Of a stretch of DNA of 64,000 nt, positions 48,687-60,167 are shown piece after piece (within the stretch, counting starts at the first letter, position 1; the number at the start of each line of letters is the position of its first letter). The stretch is taken from NCBI GenBank assembly GCA_000092065.1, contig CP000584.1; one strand, 5' to 3'. The position numbers were made by a program, and so were the translations under genes. This stretch comes from Ostreococcus lucimarinus (Eukaryota). The notes under the pieces are model-generated. The model was given only the letters and a program-made list of their open reading frames with translations, was not told the DNA's origin and searched no databases.

Positions 48687-49243
48687 CGTCGCGATGGGAC
48701 GGCGCGACGCGTCGGCGGCGTTCGTCCGAGTGTCGCGGCGCGAACGCGCGACGCGCGAACAAAGGGTCGCGGATATTTTGGTTTTTCGAAAATTCGAATG
48801 GATGCGATCAAATCTACGTATACGGTGTGTAAAAAACGCCATCACGAGTGGATAGGGTTCTGCATCCAAATCTTTAAATCGCGCGGCGCAGCTGTCGACG
48901 TTTTGGCGCGCAAGATGACGGATGAGTTTCGACGCCGCGCCGCACACCTCGCCGCTCGACGAGGTTATAAATCTAAATCTCGAGCGAAACGAACTGCATC
49001 GATTCGATCGTGTTCCGCGCGAGCATCGCGTCGTCATCCGCGCTTGAGGGAGCGCGCACGGACAACGCGCGCGCGAACGGCGTCGAACGAATTCGCTTGT
49101 TCCCCCGATCTCGACACATCGCCGATCGCGCGCATCGGCGACGTCGATTTCGAGCGCGTCGCGGGAGTGTTCGGTGACGAACGCGCGCGTGGACGTGAGA
49201 ACGAACGTCGTTCGTTCACCGCGAGCGGCGCTCGCGCGAAGGC

Positions 49244-49584
49244 ATGGCTGGGAAACGCGCGACGCCGGTAAAAGATGCGTCGAAAAACAAACCGAAAACG
49301 ACGCCGGTGAAGAAGTCGACGATGAAGGCGCCGCGGGACGGGGCGTCGGCGCCGAATTCGCCGGCGGGGCGTGGAACGCCGCGACGAGCGACGGCGAATA
49401 AGGCAACAGAAAGAATGAAGGAAATGGCTGTGAAGACGGAGGACATGGATGAGGACTACGCGTTCGACGGGGATGACGATTACGCCGCGGCGCCGAGCGC
49501 GCCGGCGAGCGGGCGCACGACGCCGAAGAAGTACAGAGCGCGCGTCGTGGGAGGATCAGCACCGCCGACACCGATGAGCAAGAG
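49244..49584 (+). CDS. DNMT5: DNMT5, exon 1 (113 codons + 2 nt), basic/acidic leader
   Basis: ATG at 49244 (track ORF 49244..49630): MAGKRATPVKDASKNKPKTTPVKK..GRTTPKKYRARVVGGSAPPTPMSK. The exon ends AG|GTACGC at 49584/49585. Confidence 0.65.
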
Positions 49585-49831
49585 GTACGCTAGTAGTGGT
49601 TCTTTGATTTTATCTCCGTTGCGCGCGTGAACAGGACGGCGCGGATGAGAGAAAAGGGGAATCGCGATCAGGGCGCCCGCGGGTGCCCGCGACGCGTTTC
49701 CCGCCCGAACTGCGTCGCCGACGGCAAACGCGCGCCTCACGCGACGTTGACGCGCTTCGGGCGCGTTGAAATCGCGCGTATACATGGATGACTGACGAAT
49801 ATTTTTTCACCTCTTGTTTCATTTTTAACAG
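49585..49831 (+). other. Intron of DNMT5 (247 nt)
   Basis: Donor GTACGC at 49585. GACTGAC at 49790-49796. Pyrimidine tract ttttttcacctcttgtttcattttt and acceptor aaCAG at 49829-49831, 36 nt after the branch A. Phase 2: ag + a gives AGA (Arg), then continues in the frame of track ORF 49788..56348 (..PMSK-R-SPGGSPRKSGDSD..). Confidence 0.7.
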
Positions 49832-52800
49832 ATCTCCGGGTGGTTCTCCGCGCAAGAGCGGAGACAGCGACAGCGGCGCGAGCGGCAACCCGAGAACGCA
49901 ACTCGCGGAGCATTTGCCCGTGATTGCGGATATCGGTGGTATGTTTGCCGATCTTGTTAGTCGTGTTCCGGGCATGGAGAACTTCTTGACGGCGATGAAG
50001 CGCCCGTTACGCGTCGCGACGATGTGCTCTGGCACGGAGTCGCCGCTTCTCGCACTCGACAAGATTGGGGACGCCACGGAAAAACTCTATGGTACGCGTC
50101 TCGCCGTCGACCACGTGTTCTCGTGCGAGATCGAACCGTTCAAGCAAGCATACATCGAGCGTAACTTCGCGCCGCCAATCCTCTTTCGCGATATTCGCGA
50201 ATTAGGCGGCGACCAGGCGACGACGGCTTACGGCGCGAAAATCAACGTGCCGCACGACGTCGACATGCTCGTCGCGGGTACTTCTTGTGTCGATTACTCC
50301 AACTTGAACAACGAGCGTAAGGGTCTCGAGGCACAAGGGGAGTCTGGTCAAACGTTCCGCGGGATGATGAACTGGATCAGAAAGAGCCAACCACCGATCA
50401 TCATCTTGGAGAACGTGTGCAACGCGCCGTGGGATCAAGTGCAGAAGAAGTTTGAAGACGAGGGCTACCACGCGCGTTTCATGCGCGTGGACACGAAGCG
50501 GTTCTACATTCCGCACACGCGTACGCGTGTGTACTTGTTTGCGTGCAAAGCGAGCGATGCATCGCTCGTCGAAGCGTGGAAGGGTATGGTAAAGTCGCTC
50601 GAGCGACCGGCGAGCGCGACGCTCGAAGCATTCCTCTTCGACGCCGACGATCCTCGTGTACACGAAGGTCGACGTATGTTGGCTCGCCCGGGTGAAGATT
50701 CGACGCGCGCAAACACTGACTGGGGACGGTGCGAATCTCGTCATCAACGCGCACGCTTGGAGGAAGGTTTGGGTCAGCGTCGCCCGTTCACGCATTGGGA
50801 TGGCGGTTGCACGCTCCCCGACTTTGCATGGAACGACTGGGGTAAGGCTCAGACCGACCGCGTGCTTGACTTGATGGACATCGACTATTTACGCCTTGCG
50901 CAACTTGATATTGATTCCATGCACAAGACTTTGGTTTGGAACCTCTCTCAAAACGTCGATCGTACCACCGGCTCGGTCGCTCCGGGAATTTGCCCGTGCC
51001 TGACGCCATCGATGGTGCCGTTCGTCACCAACCGTGGTGGTCCTCTCGTCGGCATTGAAGCTCTGAGCTTACAAGGGATTCCGGTCGATGACTTGTTGTT
51101 GACCCGTGAAAGCGAGAACCAAATGAGCGATTTAGCCGGCAACGCGATGACGACGACCGTCGTCGGCGCTTGCATGCTCGCCGCGATGACTCTCATGACG
51201 GACAACCTCGCCGCAAAGAAGCACAAGACGGCTCGACGCGCTTTACTGCTTGACGATGATTCCAAGGAGAGCTCGCAAACTATGCAAGGCTCGCTGACAG
51301 TCGTTCAAGCTGCTGCGGCTAAGAAGACGGAGGTCGTCGGGCAAGACAAGTTGGTGAAGCGTCCCCTCGATCTCGGCATGAAGCCAGTCGGGATGAAGGA
51401 GCTCCTCAGCAAGGCGAACAGATCTGCGCGTTTGTGCGTGTGCGAAGGTGAAACTGGCACCACTGATGCGGATTCTCTCGTCATTTGCCGTGACTGCTCT
51501 CACACGTGCTGTATCAAGTGCTGCGGGCGACCCGAACACAACTACGAGAAGCACGTCGTCGATCGCATCTTGCCGGAGGATTTCAAAGAAGACTTGAAAA
51601 ACTCTCTGCCGATGCACATGAAGTTGGATGTGAGCTCGGCCAAGTTTACGAAACCGAAAGAACTTCTTGGTAAAGTGTGGGACGACTGGATGGACGCGAT
51701 CAAGGCTATTGGGGAAGCTGATTTCTTGTTCCGAGGCATGAAGCGAACCAACGTCTGGCGCGTGTATTACTCGTGCGCTTCTGAGGACAAAGTACGCTTG
51801 GAATTGCGCATCGCTCCTAACGCGGCCGAGTGGTTGATCTTCGTTGATCCTTCCATCAAGAAGGGCAAACCGGAGGAGTTCCATGAACGCCCGTTGATGC
51901 GTATGCTCTTGGACAAGTCGGCGAAGAGCGTCTTGGACGGCACGTGGGAGTTCTTCTCGCCAGAGTACGCCGCGGTGCCGGTTATTCTTGAAGGTAAGGG
52001 CGAACTCGAAGATTCTTGGCAGATCAAGCTCGGTATGTTGACCAACAGCAAGCTGAACGGTGACGTGAATTGGCCGGAGGAACGTTGGACTCAGTACGAA
52101 GTTAAGCTGAAAGATCCGAAGAACGCGACAGAGTTTGATCGCAGCATCACCGGCACCTACCAGCTTTATGACAAATGCGACGCCGCTCAAAGTTCATTGC
52201 ACAAGCGCATTGGTGGCCCGCAAAATGGTCGCGAAATGTACTTCTTCATGGACCCCAGACGTAACCAAAAGGGTGAATTTGACTACTTCGTGTTTGCGGA
52301 TAACCATCGTCGTTTGATGTATGGTGAAGACCGCATGGAGACGGCGCACTTGGATTTCCGAAACCTTGGACAGCCTCCTTCGGGAGATCGTTTCCGTCCG
52401 AGTGATAAGAAGGTTGTCGAACACATGGCTCACACGTTTGGAAAATGGACTGCTCTGCCGCAAAAGGTTGCCCTCATGCCCGCCGTCGTCCAAAACGCCG
52501 TCGTGTTGACGCCGCCGGTGAACGCCGTCCCGACTCAAGGCGAGGACTCGTGCTCGAAGGCGGTTGCCATCATGCGTTGCTCCGTTCCTTTGTCTAGCGT
52601 TGATGTCGATTTGTGGCCCGAGAATGGATACACGACTGTGCGTCTTGACAAGAGTCATGCTACCTTCCAACGCCTCGAGTGGTTCACGTCTCGCATGGAA
52701 CTTCCGAAGGTTGTGGAGAAGTGGAACCAGCTCAGCGACGATCACGCGTTGTCGTGCGATAAATTCGCTTGCTCGCGATGTGCGCCGACGCCGCCGACTC

Positions 52801-55800
52801 TTTTGTGGAGCCGACAAGTCGGTTCGCAAAAGATTCAAGCCCGTGAAGATCCGTTGCAGGCATCCAAATATGAACAAGCGCTCAAGTGTCGACCCGAGCC
52901 ATTCGTCGTGCAATGGACTCGCGAGAAGACGACGGGCAACTTGATGATTGCTGGTAACCCAGCTACGCTCGTTCATCGTGCTCTTGCGCTTGTCGCTCCG
53001 TCTGGTGTTCGAGGCATCGAATCAAAGGCGCCGCATATGTCGTGGAGAATCGTTCGACACGACGACCGCCCGATGGACAACTTTGGGGAGTTTGAATTGA
53101 AGAGCAACCGTCACGACAAGCAAGTTGCGCAACCGCCGAACTGGAGCAAGAAGTACCCACTTCGCCCAGAACAACTGCGCTCGCTTGGGTGGATGGTTCA
53201 GCAAGAGATCAACGAAACGCCGTTCGTGGAAGAGGAAATTTGTGAAAAACTTCTTCCGGCTTTGGGCCTTCGCATGGATGGCAAGGCGGAAGTCTCAAAG
53301 GTGATTCGCGGCGGCATCGTGGCCGATCAAGTTGGTTACGGGAAAACGGCCATCTCCATCGGGGTCATCTTGGCGAACCAGCTCAAGTTCCCGACGCCCA
53401 AGCAAGCTAAAGTTGATGCTCCGGTCAAAGCGATTCCGACCAAGGCAACGCTTGTCATCGCGCCGTCTCAGTTGCTCCGCCAATGGCCGAGAGAGGTTGA
53501 GAAGTTCAGCGCGAGAGGTTCTTTGAACACGGTCGTTCTCAAGACAATGTCTGATCTCAACTCTTTGACGGCGCGAGAGGTCATGGAAGCAGATGTTGTC
53601 ATCGTCGCTACGACTCTCTTCAGATCTTCGCTGTACTTTGAGCGTCTCGCGCAACTCGCCGGTCGACCTTCTCTTCCGGATCCGAAATCTTCGAGCCAAG
53701 CGCGCCACTTCACGAGCGTGTACAAGGACACTGTGGCGAGCCTCGAAGACCAAGTCATGCGATTGACCGATAAGAAACTTGGTGTCGCTGAGGTTGCCAA
53801 ACACGTTCGTTGTGGCACTTCTACGCTCAGCGACGTCGCCGTCACAGCGGCGCCCAAACGTCTCAAGGGCGCAAAGCTCATCGAAATGACCGAAAAGGCT
53901 GGCGGCGAAGGTTACGAGTTCGTCGAGGCCTTGCACAAGGAACGCCAGCAGGCTTTGGACAAGGAGAATGTTCAAAAACCGATCAATGTTGAGCCGACAA
54001 GTGCTCCGGTCACGCCGTCCAAGCCTAAGAAGACGCCGACGAAGAAGACGCCGACGAAGAAGACGCCGACGAAGAAGACGCCGACGAAGAAGACGCCGAC
54101 GAAGAAGACGCCGACGAAGAAGACGCCGATGAAGTCACCGATCCGCGCGTCTGCGCGAAACACGCCGCGTAAGTCATACGCTGAAGATGATAGCATGGAA
54201 ACTGATGATGAGATCTCTGATTGGGATGACGATGAATCGCTGGATGGCAGTGAAAGCGAGGAATTCGTCAAGGAAAAGTCGACGCCGAAGCGTAAGCGCA
54301 TCGTTAAGCAACGAAGCATGGAAATTGACGCCGATGGCAATAAAGATCATTGGGGTCTCGAAAGCGCTCAAGCTGAGTACGACTGGCGTGACATCAAGTC
54401 TGTTCCTGTCGAGCTATTCCACTGGCGCCGCGTCATCGTCGATGAGTTTACATACTTGAAGCCGTCCGATAAGGCCGTCGTCATGGGACTTCAATCTGAA
54501 TCCCGTTGGTGCTTGTCTGGTACTCCGCCGGTGGGCGACTTTGCCGACATCAAGGGTACCGCTGCTTTACTCGGTATCAACCTCGGCAGCGACGAAGTTC
54601 CGCGCTATAACAAGTCGGAAATCACGAAGGTGGAGACGTTCCAATTCTTTAAGGAGAAGCCGACACAACAATGGCACAAGCGAAGATGGGAGGTGGCGCA
54701 AGGCTTTTTGAACCGTTACATGCGACAAAACATTGCTGAAATCGATGAGATCAAGTTCAAAGAAGATGTGTGTGATGTTCAACTTCGACCAGCTGAGCGT
54801 GCTATCTACCTTGAGCTCGATCACTACTTGCAATCCATGGACATGAAGGCGAAGAAGAAGAAGCGAGGCGCGTCTGAGAGTGACCGCGACGCCCGTCTCG
54901 CTGCCGTCCTCGGCAACTCTTCTTCCGCAGAAGAAGCACTTCTGAAGCGCGTGGCGCACTTCGAATTGGATGACGAAGCGGGAACTGCGCTTCGAACTTG
55001 CCAAGACATCGTGAACGTTCGCAAGACTCAACAAGAAGATTGCTTGAAGGAATTCGGTGAAGCCATTCTCAAGGCGCGCGCCATGTTGTCGCAAATGTCT
55101 CAGATGCCTGACTTTACTCCGGAAGACAATCCGTTCATCCGATGGGAGAACGGCGTTCAAGGCGAAGGTATCGGTGACCCCACAGCGAGCGAACTTCTCA
55201 AGGGCGTTCTCAAGGAGCAAACCGAAGCCAAGGCTGCTAAGACCGCGCACCTCTTGCAAACGCGCCCGCCCGTCGGATCGACCATCGCGGTGTTTTCTGT
55301 TGAAGAGCAAGAATGGATTGAAGGTGAAGTTCGCGGTTATAGTGGTCAGTGGAAGCAAAAAGCTTCCGTCTACTACGACGCCAAGACTCGTAAGGATGAA
55401 GATTTGACCAAGGTTGACTGGAAGGTGGTCAAGGCTGTTGAAGGCGAGCCGAGCTCCACGATGGACTCTGGGAAATCCGTATCCATGAAGAAGACGAAGA
55501 CGGCATCCCTCGACGATAAGCTCTGGGAGCTGCGAGAGCATACGCACGGTCTCCGCAAGTTGCAAAAAGAGCTTGTCGGTCGAGTGCGCTCTTTGCGCTT
55601 CTTCCAGTCTGTTCGTGACTTGCAACAAGCCAAGATGGACGATTCGGTCAAGTGCGAAGCGTGCTCGAAGAAGTTTGCCAAGTCAAAGTCTGGCGTCCTA
55701 TCTACGTGCGGCCATATTGGTTGCGTCACCTGCCTCAAGGTCAACGCCGAGAACCAAGAGTGTGGCGTGAAGAACTGCGATTGCGCTACTCGTGACACGT

Positions 55801-56348
55801 CCGTCGTGACCGCGGTCTCTCTTGGCACCGAGGCCAGCGCGGACTCCAAGTCTATCAAGACTGATGGTGGCGTCGGCGTGCACGGTTCAAAGATCATCGA
55901 CATCGTCGCTCACATCAAGTCCATCCCGGATGACGAACGAATCCTGGTCTTCGTGCAATTTCCTGACTTGATGCAACAAGTGAGCTCCGCGCTCAACGAA
56001 GCTGGTATCAAAACGCTCAAGCTCAAGGGCTCGGTGCATCAACAAACGGGCGCGCTCGACGAGTTCCAAAAAGAAAACTTGAAGAAGGATGATGCTCGCG
56101 TTCTCTTGCTTTTGAGCCGAGACGAAAGTGCGTCTGGAGCCAACTTGACGACGGCTAACCACGCCATCTTCGTTCACCCCTTGCTCACGAACACTGCTCA
56201 GGAGTACATCGCCAGCGAGACGCAAGCCATCGGTCGCATCCGCCGCTACGGGCAACAGCGCGAAGTGCGCATCTGGCGCTTCATCGCTCGCGATTCCGTC
56301 GACTCTGAAATCTTGAGTCAGCGCGCCGCTGGCTTGATGCAGAACTAA
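49832..56348 (+). CDS. DNMT5: DNMT5: cytosine-5 DNA methyltransferase fused to a RING-like Cys cluster and an SNF2-family ATPase, exon 2
   Basis: Track ORF 49788..56348. C5-MTase-like motifs ATMCSGTESPLLAL, AGTSCVDYSNLN (catalytic Cys), IILENVCNAPW, QGIPVDD..AGNAMTTTVVG. SNF2: ADQVGYGKTAISIG, VIVDEFTYLK, ILVFVQFPDLMQQVSSALNEAGIKTLKLKGS, SGANLTTANHAIFVHPLL, QAIGRIRRYGQQREVRIWRF. Cys cluster CEACSKKFAKSKSGVLSTCGHIGCVTCL. Confidence 0.9.
54027..54131 (+). repeat. Seven tandem copies of a 15-bp unit (aagaagacgccgacg) inside DNMT5, encoding (KKTPT)6-KKTPM
   Basis: Six copies are identical at the nucleotide level. The seventh differs by one base (gatg for gacg). Confidence 0.9.
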
Positions 56349-56519
56349 TAACAGACTAGATGCGCTTCTTACTTTACTATTACTGCAACCGCAAAGAAAC
56401 ACCCTCATATTGACGACAGGAGGTGGTCTGATCCCTCTCAAGTCTGCCAGTTGTCGCCAACACACATATATGACGATTTGTAACGTGTTTTACATACAAC
56501 TATATCACCTAATGACGCT

Positions 56520-57335
56520 CTAATACCAACGCGTCGTCGTTTTCATGAACCAAGCATCTCGTGCAGTTTCGGTGCTTCGAAGCTGCGCGTAGAGCGGTAG
56601 TTGGTCTTCAAGAACTTTCCTCGTCGCTCCGCGGCGTCGATCAACGCGCGGAGTTGGCGCCGAAGATGGATCTTGACTCAACTTTATCTTCGCCAACTGT
56701 GAACGCAGGCGCTCAGTTTCTTTCGTCTTCTTCTCGAGTTCGATGGTCAGGCGTTCGTTGCGCGATTTTTCGCGCGCCAACGCCCCTCGAAGCTCCTGAA
56801 TTTCTCGCTCTTTCGCGTTTGCTTTCGAACGCCGCTCTTCGCTTTCAACCGCTGTCGCGTTCTTTGTCGCCGTCGTTCGCGCAGCATCGGCGCGACGTCG
56901 TGCCCAAAATAACGCCATATCTAAATCAAACGAGACCGGCGCTAGCGCTCCCGGATCGTGCGCGCCATCTTCATCGTCTCGCCGATCGCCGGCTCTGCCT
57001 TTGGCCCTGGCGCCCGCTTCCTCATTCAAGTCACCGGGGAACGAGGACGTCGACAGTTCGTCGTCGAATTGCGCGTATTTTTCCAGTCGCACCTCTTGTA
57101 GGTGTTTAGACACCCGCGATGCCATCTTCTTCGCGTACTCCTCTTCGCTCAGTGCGTATTTTCTTCTTCTCTGTTCGGCCTCGATGTCCAAAGCGCTCAC
57201 CCACGGCGGTCGCGCGTCGCCGCCGTCATCGCCACCTCCATCGGTCGACGATGATGATGCGTACTCATCGTACTCATCACCGTCTTCCCGCATCGCGTCG
57301 CTCGCGAGGTCGTCCCACACAGCGCGAGGTCCCAT
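56520..57335 (-). CDS. Hypothetical protein with a C-terminal coiled coil
   Basis: Track ORF 56520..57434(-) starts at GTG; the first ATG is 57335 (MGPRAVWDDLASDAMRED..). Coiled-coil stretch EREIQELRGALAREKSRNERLTIELEKKTKETERLRSQLAKI. No family recognised. Confidence 0.5.
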   Translation of the reverse strand: MGPRAVWDDLASDAMREDGDEYDEYASSSSTDGGGDDGGDARPPWVSALDIEAEQRRRKYALSEEEYAKKMASRVSKHLQEVRLEKYAQFDDELSTSSFPGDLNEEAGARAKGRAGDRRDDEDGAHDPGALAPVSFDLDMALFWARRRADAARTTATKNATAVESEERRSKANAKEREIQELRGALAREKSRNERLTIELEKKTKETERLRSQLAKIKLSQDPSSAPTPRVDRRRGATRKVLEDQLPLYAQLRSTETARDAWFMKTTTRWY

Positions 57336-57635
57336 CGCGAGGCGACACCGAACCGCGCGACGTCGTCTGTCGCGGCGTGATTCAAACGTCGATGTTCCAG
57401 ATTTCAGGGCGTCCTCAGGTTGTAAAACCCTCACGATTTTTATGATTTATTTCTTGATCCCACATACTATAAATACTGTCTTTAAAGTGCCGTCGCTTCG
57501 GGTTTTTGGTCGATCCGAAGCGTCACGAACGTTGCCGTCGACACGCTGGTGGTGGTTGACCGTCGCGGCGGCAGAGTGACACACGTCGTCGTTCAAGCAT
57601 CGCATCGCGCGGAATTTCGAGTGAACGCTTTCCTC

Positions 57636-59051
57636 ATGCTCTCTCGTGCGTTCGCCGCCGACAAAGATCGTCACGCGGTGGCGGCGAACGCGCGCGATGA
57701 CGATCACTCGCCTTCGGTGCCGACTGGATTAATGACGCCTTTGCGGAGCGACGAAGACGTTGCGTGCGCGAGGGACGCGGATATTTCGGCGAGCAGTGCG
57801 AGTGGAACGCCGACGTCGAAGTGCTTCGTGCACGCGCCCGCGGACTCCCCGAACGGGACACCGCAAGAAAACCGAAAAGCCGTGCTGGCGCGCATGGAGC
57901 TCGTCCAGCGCTGGCCCACGCGAGTGGAGTTGTCCGCGGCGGAACAAAACCGTGCAGAGATGTTTTCGCGCTCGTACGAGGACGAAGACGATGGATTCAT
58001 GCTTGCCGAGCGACGAAATGAAGCGTCGACGGTGCGTCGCACGCTGCAAGCGTCGCAATCGCTGAGTTCGATGCCACGCATCGATTCCAAGCCGCCGCTG
58101 GCGCCAAAACCGACGCTGTCGCGCGCCAGAGCGTACGCTTCGGAGGCAGATTTGAGCAAACTGGTCGACACTCATGACGAAGGGCCCGTGTCTTTCGGGC
58201 CTAGTGTTGCGTTAATGCTCGTCGATATCCAACCCGTGTATTGGAGCTTGGCGCCAGAGGTGCAGGCGGCTTTCCCCACGTTTCCTGAAAATGTTTCGCA
58301 TCTACTCGCCTCGGCGCGAGATGCGGGCTCGCACGTCGTCCACGTGAAAGCTTCATACACGTATGACACGTGTCCGTGGCTGAAGAACTTCCAGCGATTG
58401 AACCCAGGTCGACGCGCATACGAGATCGATCCGTCCGAGGTGGAGGAGTTTGCGCAACCGCGCGAGGGCGAAACCATCGTCGACAAGGACACCTTTGGCG
58501 CCTTCATCCACGCGCCAGATCTCGCAGTGCGACTGCGCGAAGCTGGTGTGAAGACGATCGTATTCGCTGGGCTCATCACGTCTGTTTGCGTGCAACATTC
58601 TGTTTTCAGCGCCTTTAACGCTGGTTTCCGAGTCGTCGTCGCGCACGACGCGTGCGGCGATCGCTCTCGCGCTCGTCACGAAGCCGCATTGATGCTTTAC
58701 GGCAACTACATGTATGATGTCGCATCGACGAGCGAGTTAGTGCAAGAAACCGTGGAAGCGAAGAAACGAGAAGAAGTAGAATCTTCTTACAAATCCACGG
58801 CCGCACCGTCGGTTGTTCAAAAACCGCCCCGACCGCTCGCCATCGCGAAACCGACGGCGGTGCACGAATCAAATGTCGCCGATTTGAAGTCCAAGCGATA
58901 TCTTGTCGCCTCCAAATACGGTGGCTCACCGGTAAGCAACCTTGGGGTGTCGTTGTCTCAAATTTCTCTCGTCGATTACGTCGACAAGCGCGGCGCCCGA
59001 GGCGGCCTGTCACCTGTCAGCGCGCTAGATCTTGATAACGCGTCGCTCTAG
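57636..59051 (+). CDS. Isochorismatase/nicotinamidase-family cysteine hydrolase with long N- and C-terminal extensions
   Basis: Track ORF 57549..59051 starts at GTG; the first ATG is 57636. Core VALMLVDIQPVYW..HVVHVKA..IVDKDTFGAFIHAPDLAVRLREAGVKTIVFAGLITSVCVQHSVFSAFNAGFRVVVAHDAC (catalytic Cys in SVCV). Confidence 0.8.
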   Translation: MLSRAFAADKDRHAVAANARDDDHSPSVPTGLMTPLRSDEDVACARDADISASSASGTPTSKCFVHAPADSPNGTPQENRKAVLARMELVQRWPTRVELSAAEQNRAEMFSRSYEDEDDGFMLAERRNEASTVRRTLQASQSLSSMPRIDSKPPLAPKPTLSRARAYASEADLSKLVDTHDEGPVSFGPSVALMLVDIQPVYWSLAPEVQAAFPTFPENVSHLLASARDAGSHVVHVKASYTYDTCPWLKNFQRLNPGRRAYEIDPSEVEEFAQPREGETIVDKDTFGAFIHAPDLAVRLREAGVKTIVFAGLITSVCVQHSVFSAFNAGFRVVVAHDACGDRSRARHEAALMLYGNYMYDVASTSELVQETVEAKKREEVESSYKSTAAPSVVQKPPRPLAIAKPTAVHESNVADLKSKRYLVASKYGGSPVSNLGVSLSQISLVDYVDKRGARGGLSPVSALDLDNASL

Positions 59052-59148
59052 AGCCGTGTTTGAACTCATTACCGGTCGACCTGTCTTTGACTCGCTCCCT
59101 AATCGAGCGTTCTGTTGTTGTTCCACTTATAATGTAAAAATATTGCCG

Positions 59149-59940
59149 CTACATTTTAAAATCGATGAACACGAGTTCGTCTCCTCCTTCTTGAACGAGT
59201 AGTTCGCGCATCACGAACGCGCCGTACTGCTCGGTAAGCGTCTCTTTAAACCTTTTACGATTTTGAGGCGCTCGGCTTGGTGGATCTCCCAGTAGAAATC
59301 GGCCACCGCCGCGTTTTACGAGCTTTGGAACGAGTTCCGCGACGGGCAATACAGCGTGCGATTCATAGAGTACATCGCACGCAAGAAGAGTGTCGAACTT
59401 CGCTTGATCTTCGCGTACGTCATTCCAGTCGAAATCTTTCACCAAAACGCGATCTTGAAACCCATTTGCCTCGATTGACAGGATGGCGCACGCCAACGCG
59501 AGCGGTTCGCGGTCGAAGAGCTCGACTCGTTTCGCGCCCGCGGCGCACGCAACGAGACCAGCAAGTCCTAAACCTGCGCCGAGATCACACACCGTTTTGT
59601 CTCGCACCAAAGCCGGAGCGTTTGCGATGTACCGAGAAACCGCGAAAGCGCTCGGCCACAGAGTCGCCCAGTACGGATCTGCGTCGAAGGCCTCGTTCGC
59701 GACGTAGTGCTCAACGACTTCGTCTTCAGAAACCGGTCGCACCAATCGCACGCTCAGGGTGTCGGATATGATAATTTGGTCCGTCACGAGCTCGAACACA
59801 TCTCGCACGTCTCGCACGTCTCGCTCGCTTGCTCTCGGCGACCGTCGTGGCCGCCGCCGCTTTTCTAACGACCATCGTCTCTCGAGTGCGAACGTCACTC
59901 TCGACGCGCGCGTTCGCGTCACCGCCGTCGTGGCGGACAT
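59149..59940 (-). CDS. Class I protein-lysine methyltransferase (Methyltransf_16 / METTL20-ETFB-KMT-like)
   Basis: Full 263-aa track ORF with ATG. DPYWATLWPSAFAVSRYIANAPALVRDKTVCDLGAGLGLAGLVACAAGAKRVELFDREPLALACAILSIEANG, FDTLLACDVLYE. Confidence 0.8.
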   Translation of the reverse strand: MSATTAVTRTRASRVTFALERRWSLEKRRRPRRSPRASERDVRDVRDVFELVTDQIIISDTLSVRLVRPVSEDEVVEHYVANEAFDADPYWATLWPSAFAVSRYIANAPALVRDKTVCDLGAGLGLAGLVACAAGAKRVELFDREPLALACAILSIEANGFQDRVLVKDFDWNDVREDQAKFDTLLACDVLYESHAVLPVAELVPKLVKRGGGRFLLGDPPSRAPQNRKRFKETLTEQYGAFVMRELLVQEGGDELVFIDFKM

Positions 59941-60167
59941 GCGTCAACGCTTCGATCTCCTCTATTGTGGCTCACGACGCATGGTCCGCGACGAACGAAG
60001 CGTTGTGTGGGGATTCAACGCCTTTTTCTAAGTTTGTACGTACGCTTTCGTTCAAGAGCCCTGTGCCATGCGCGATTGATTAGCGCGGGGACGACGTGAG
60101 TCGCGTATTAATTACGTGCGTATATCGTTCTCTTACCACATGTGTTTCTAGGTTTCTATGCTTCCGT

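Noticed and set aside
48784-48800. tttttcgaaaattcgaa palindrome as a heat-shock element in the HCNGP/DNMT5 spacer
   Set aside because: It contains only one properly spaced GAAnnTTC pair. The adjacent TTCGAA units have the wrong spacing for the nGAAn/nTTCn pentamer array.
49788-49831. MTDEYFFTSCFIFN as the N-terminus of DNMT5
   Set aside because: These codons are the branch site (GACTGAC), pyrimidine tract and CAG acceptor of an intron. The upstream exon at 49244-49584 joins in frame.
50202-55628. Series of 200-350-aa minus-strand ORFs inside DNMT5 (50202..50795, 51243..52190, 52194..52976, 53295..53975, 54567..55628)
   Set aside because: They lie opposite a strongly supported 2,186-aa coding frame. 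They show no recognisable motifs and are best explained as stop-poor antisense frames.
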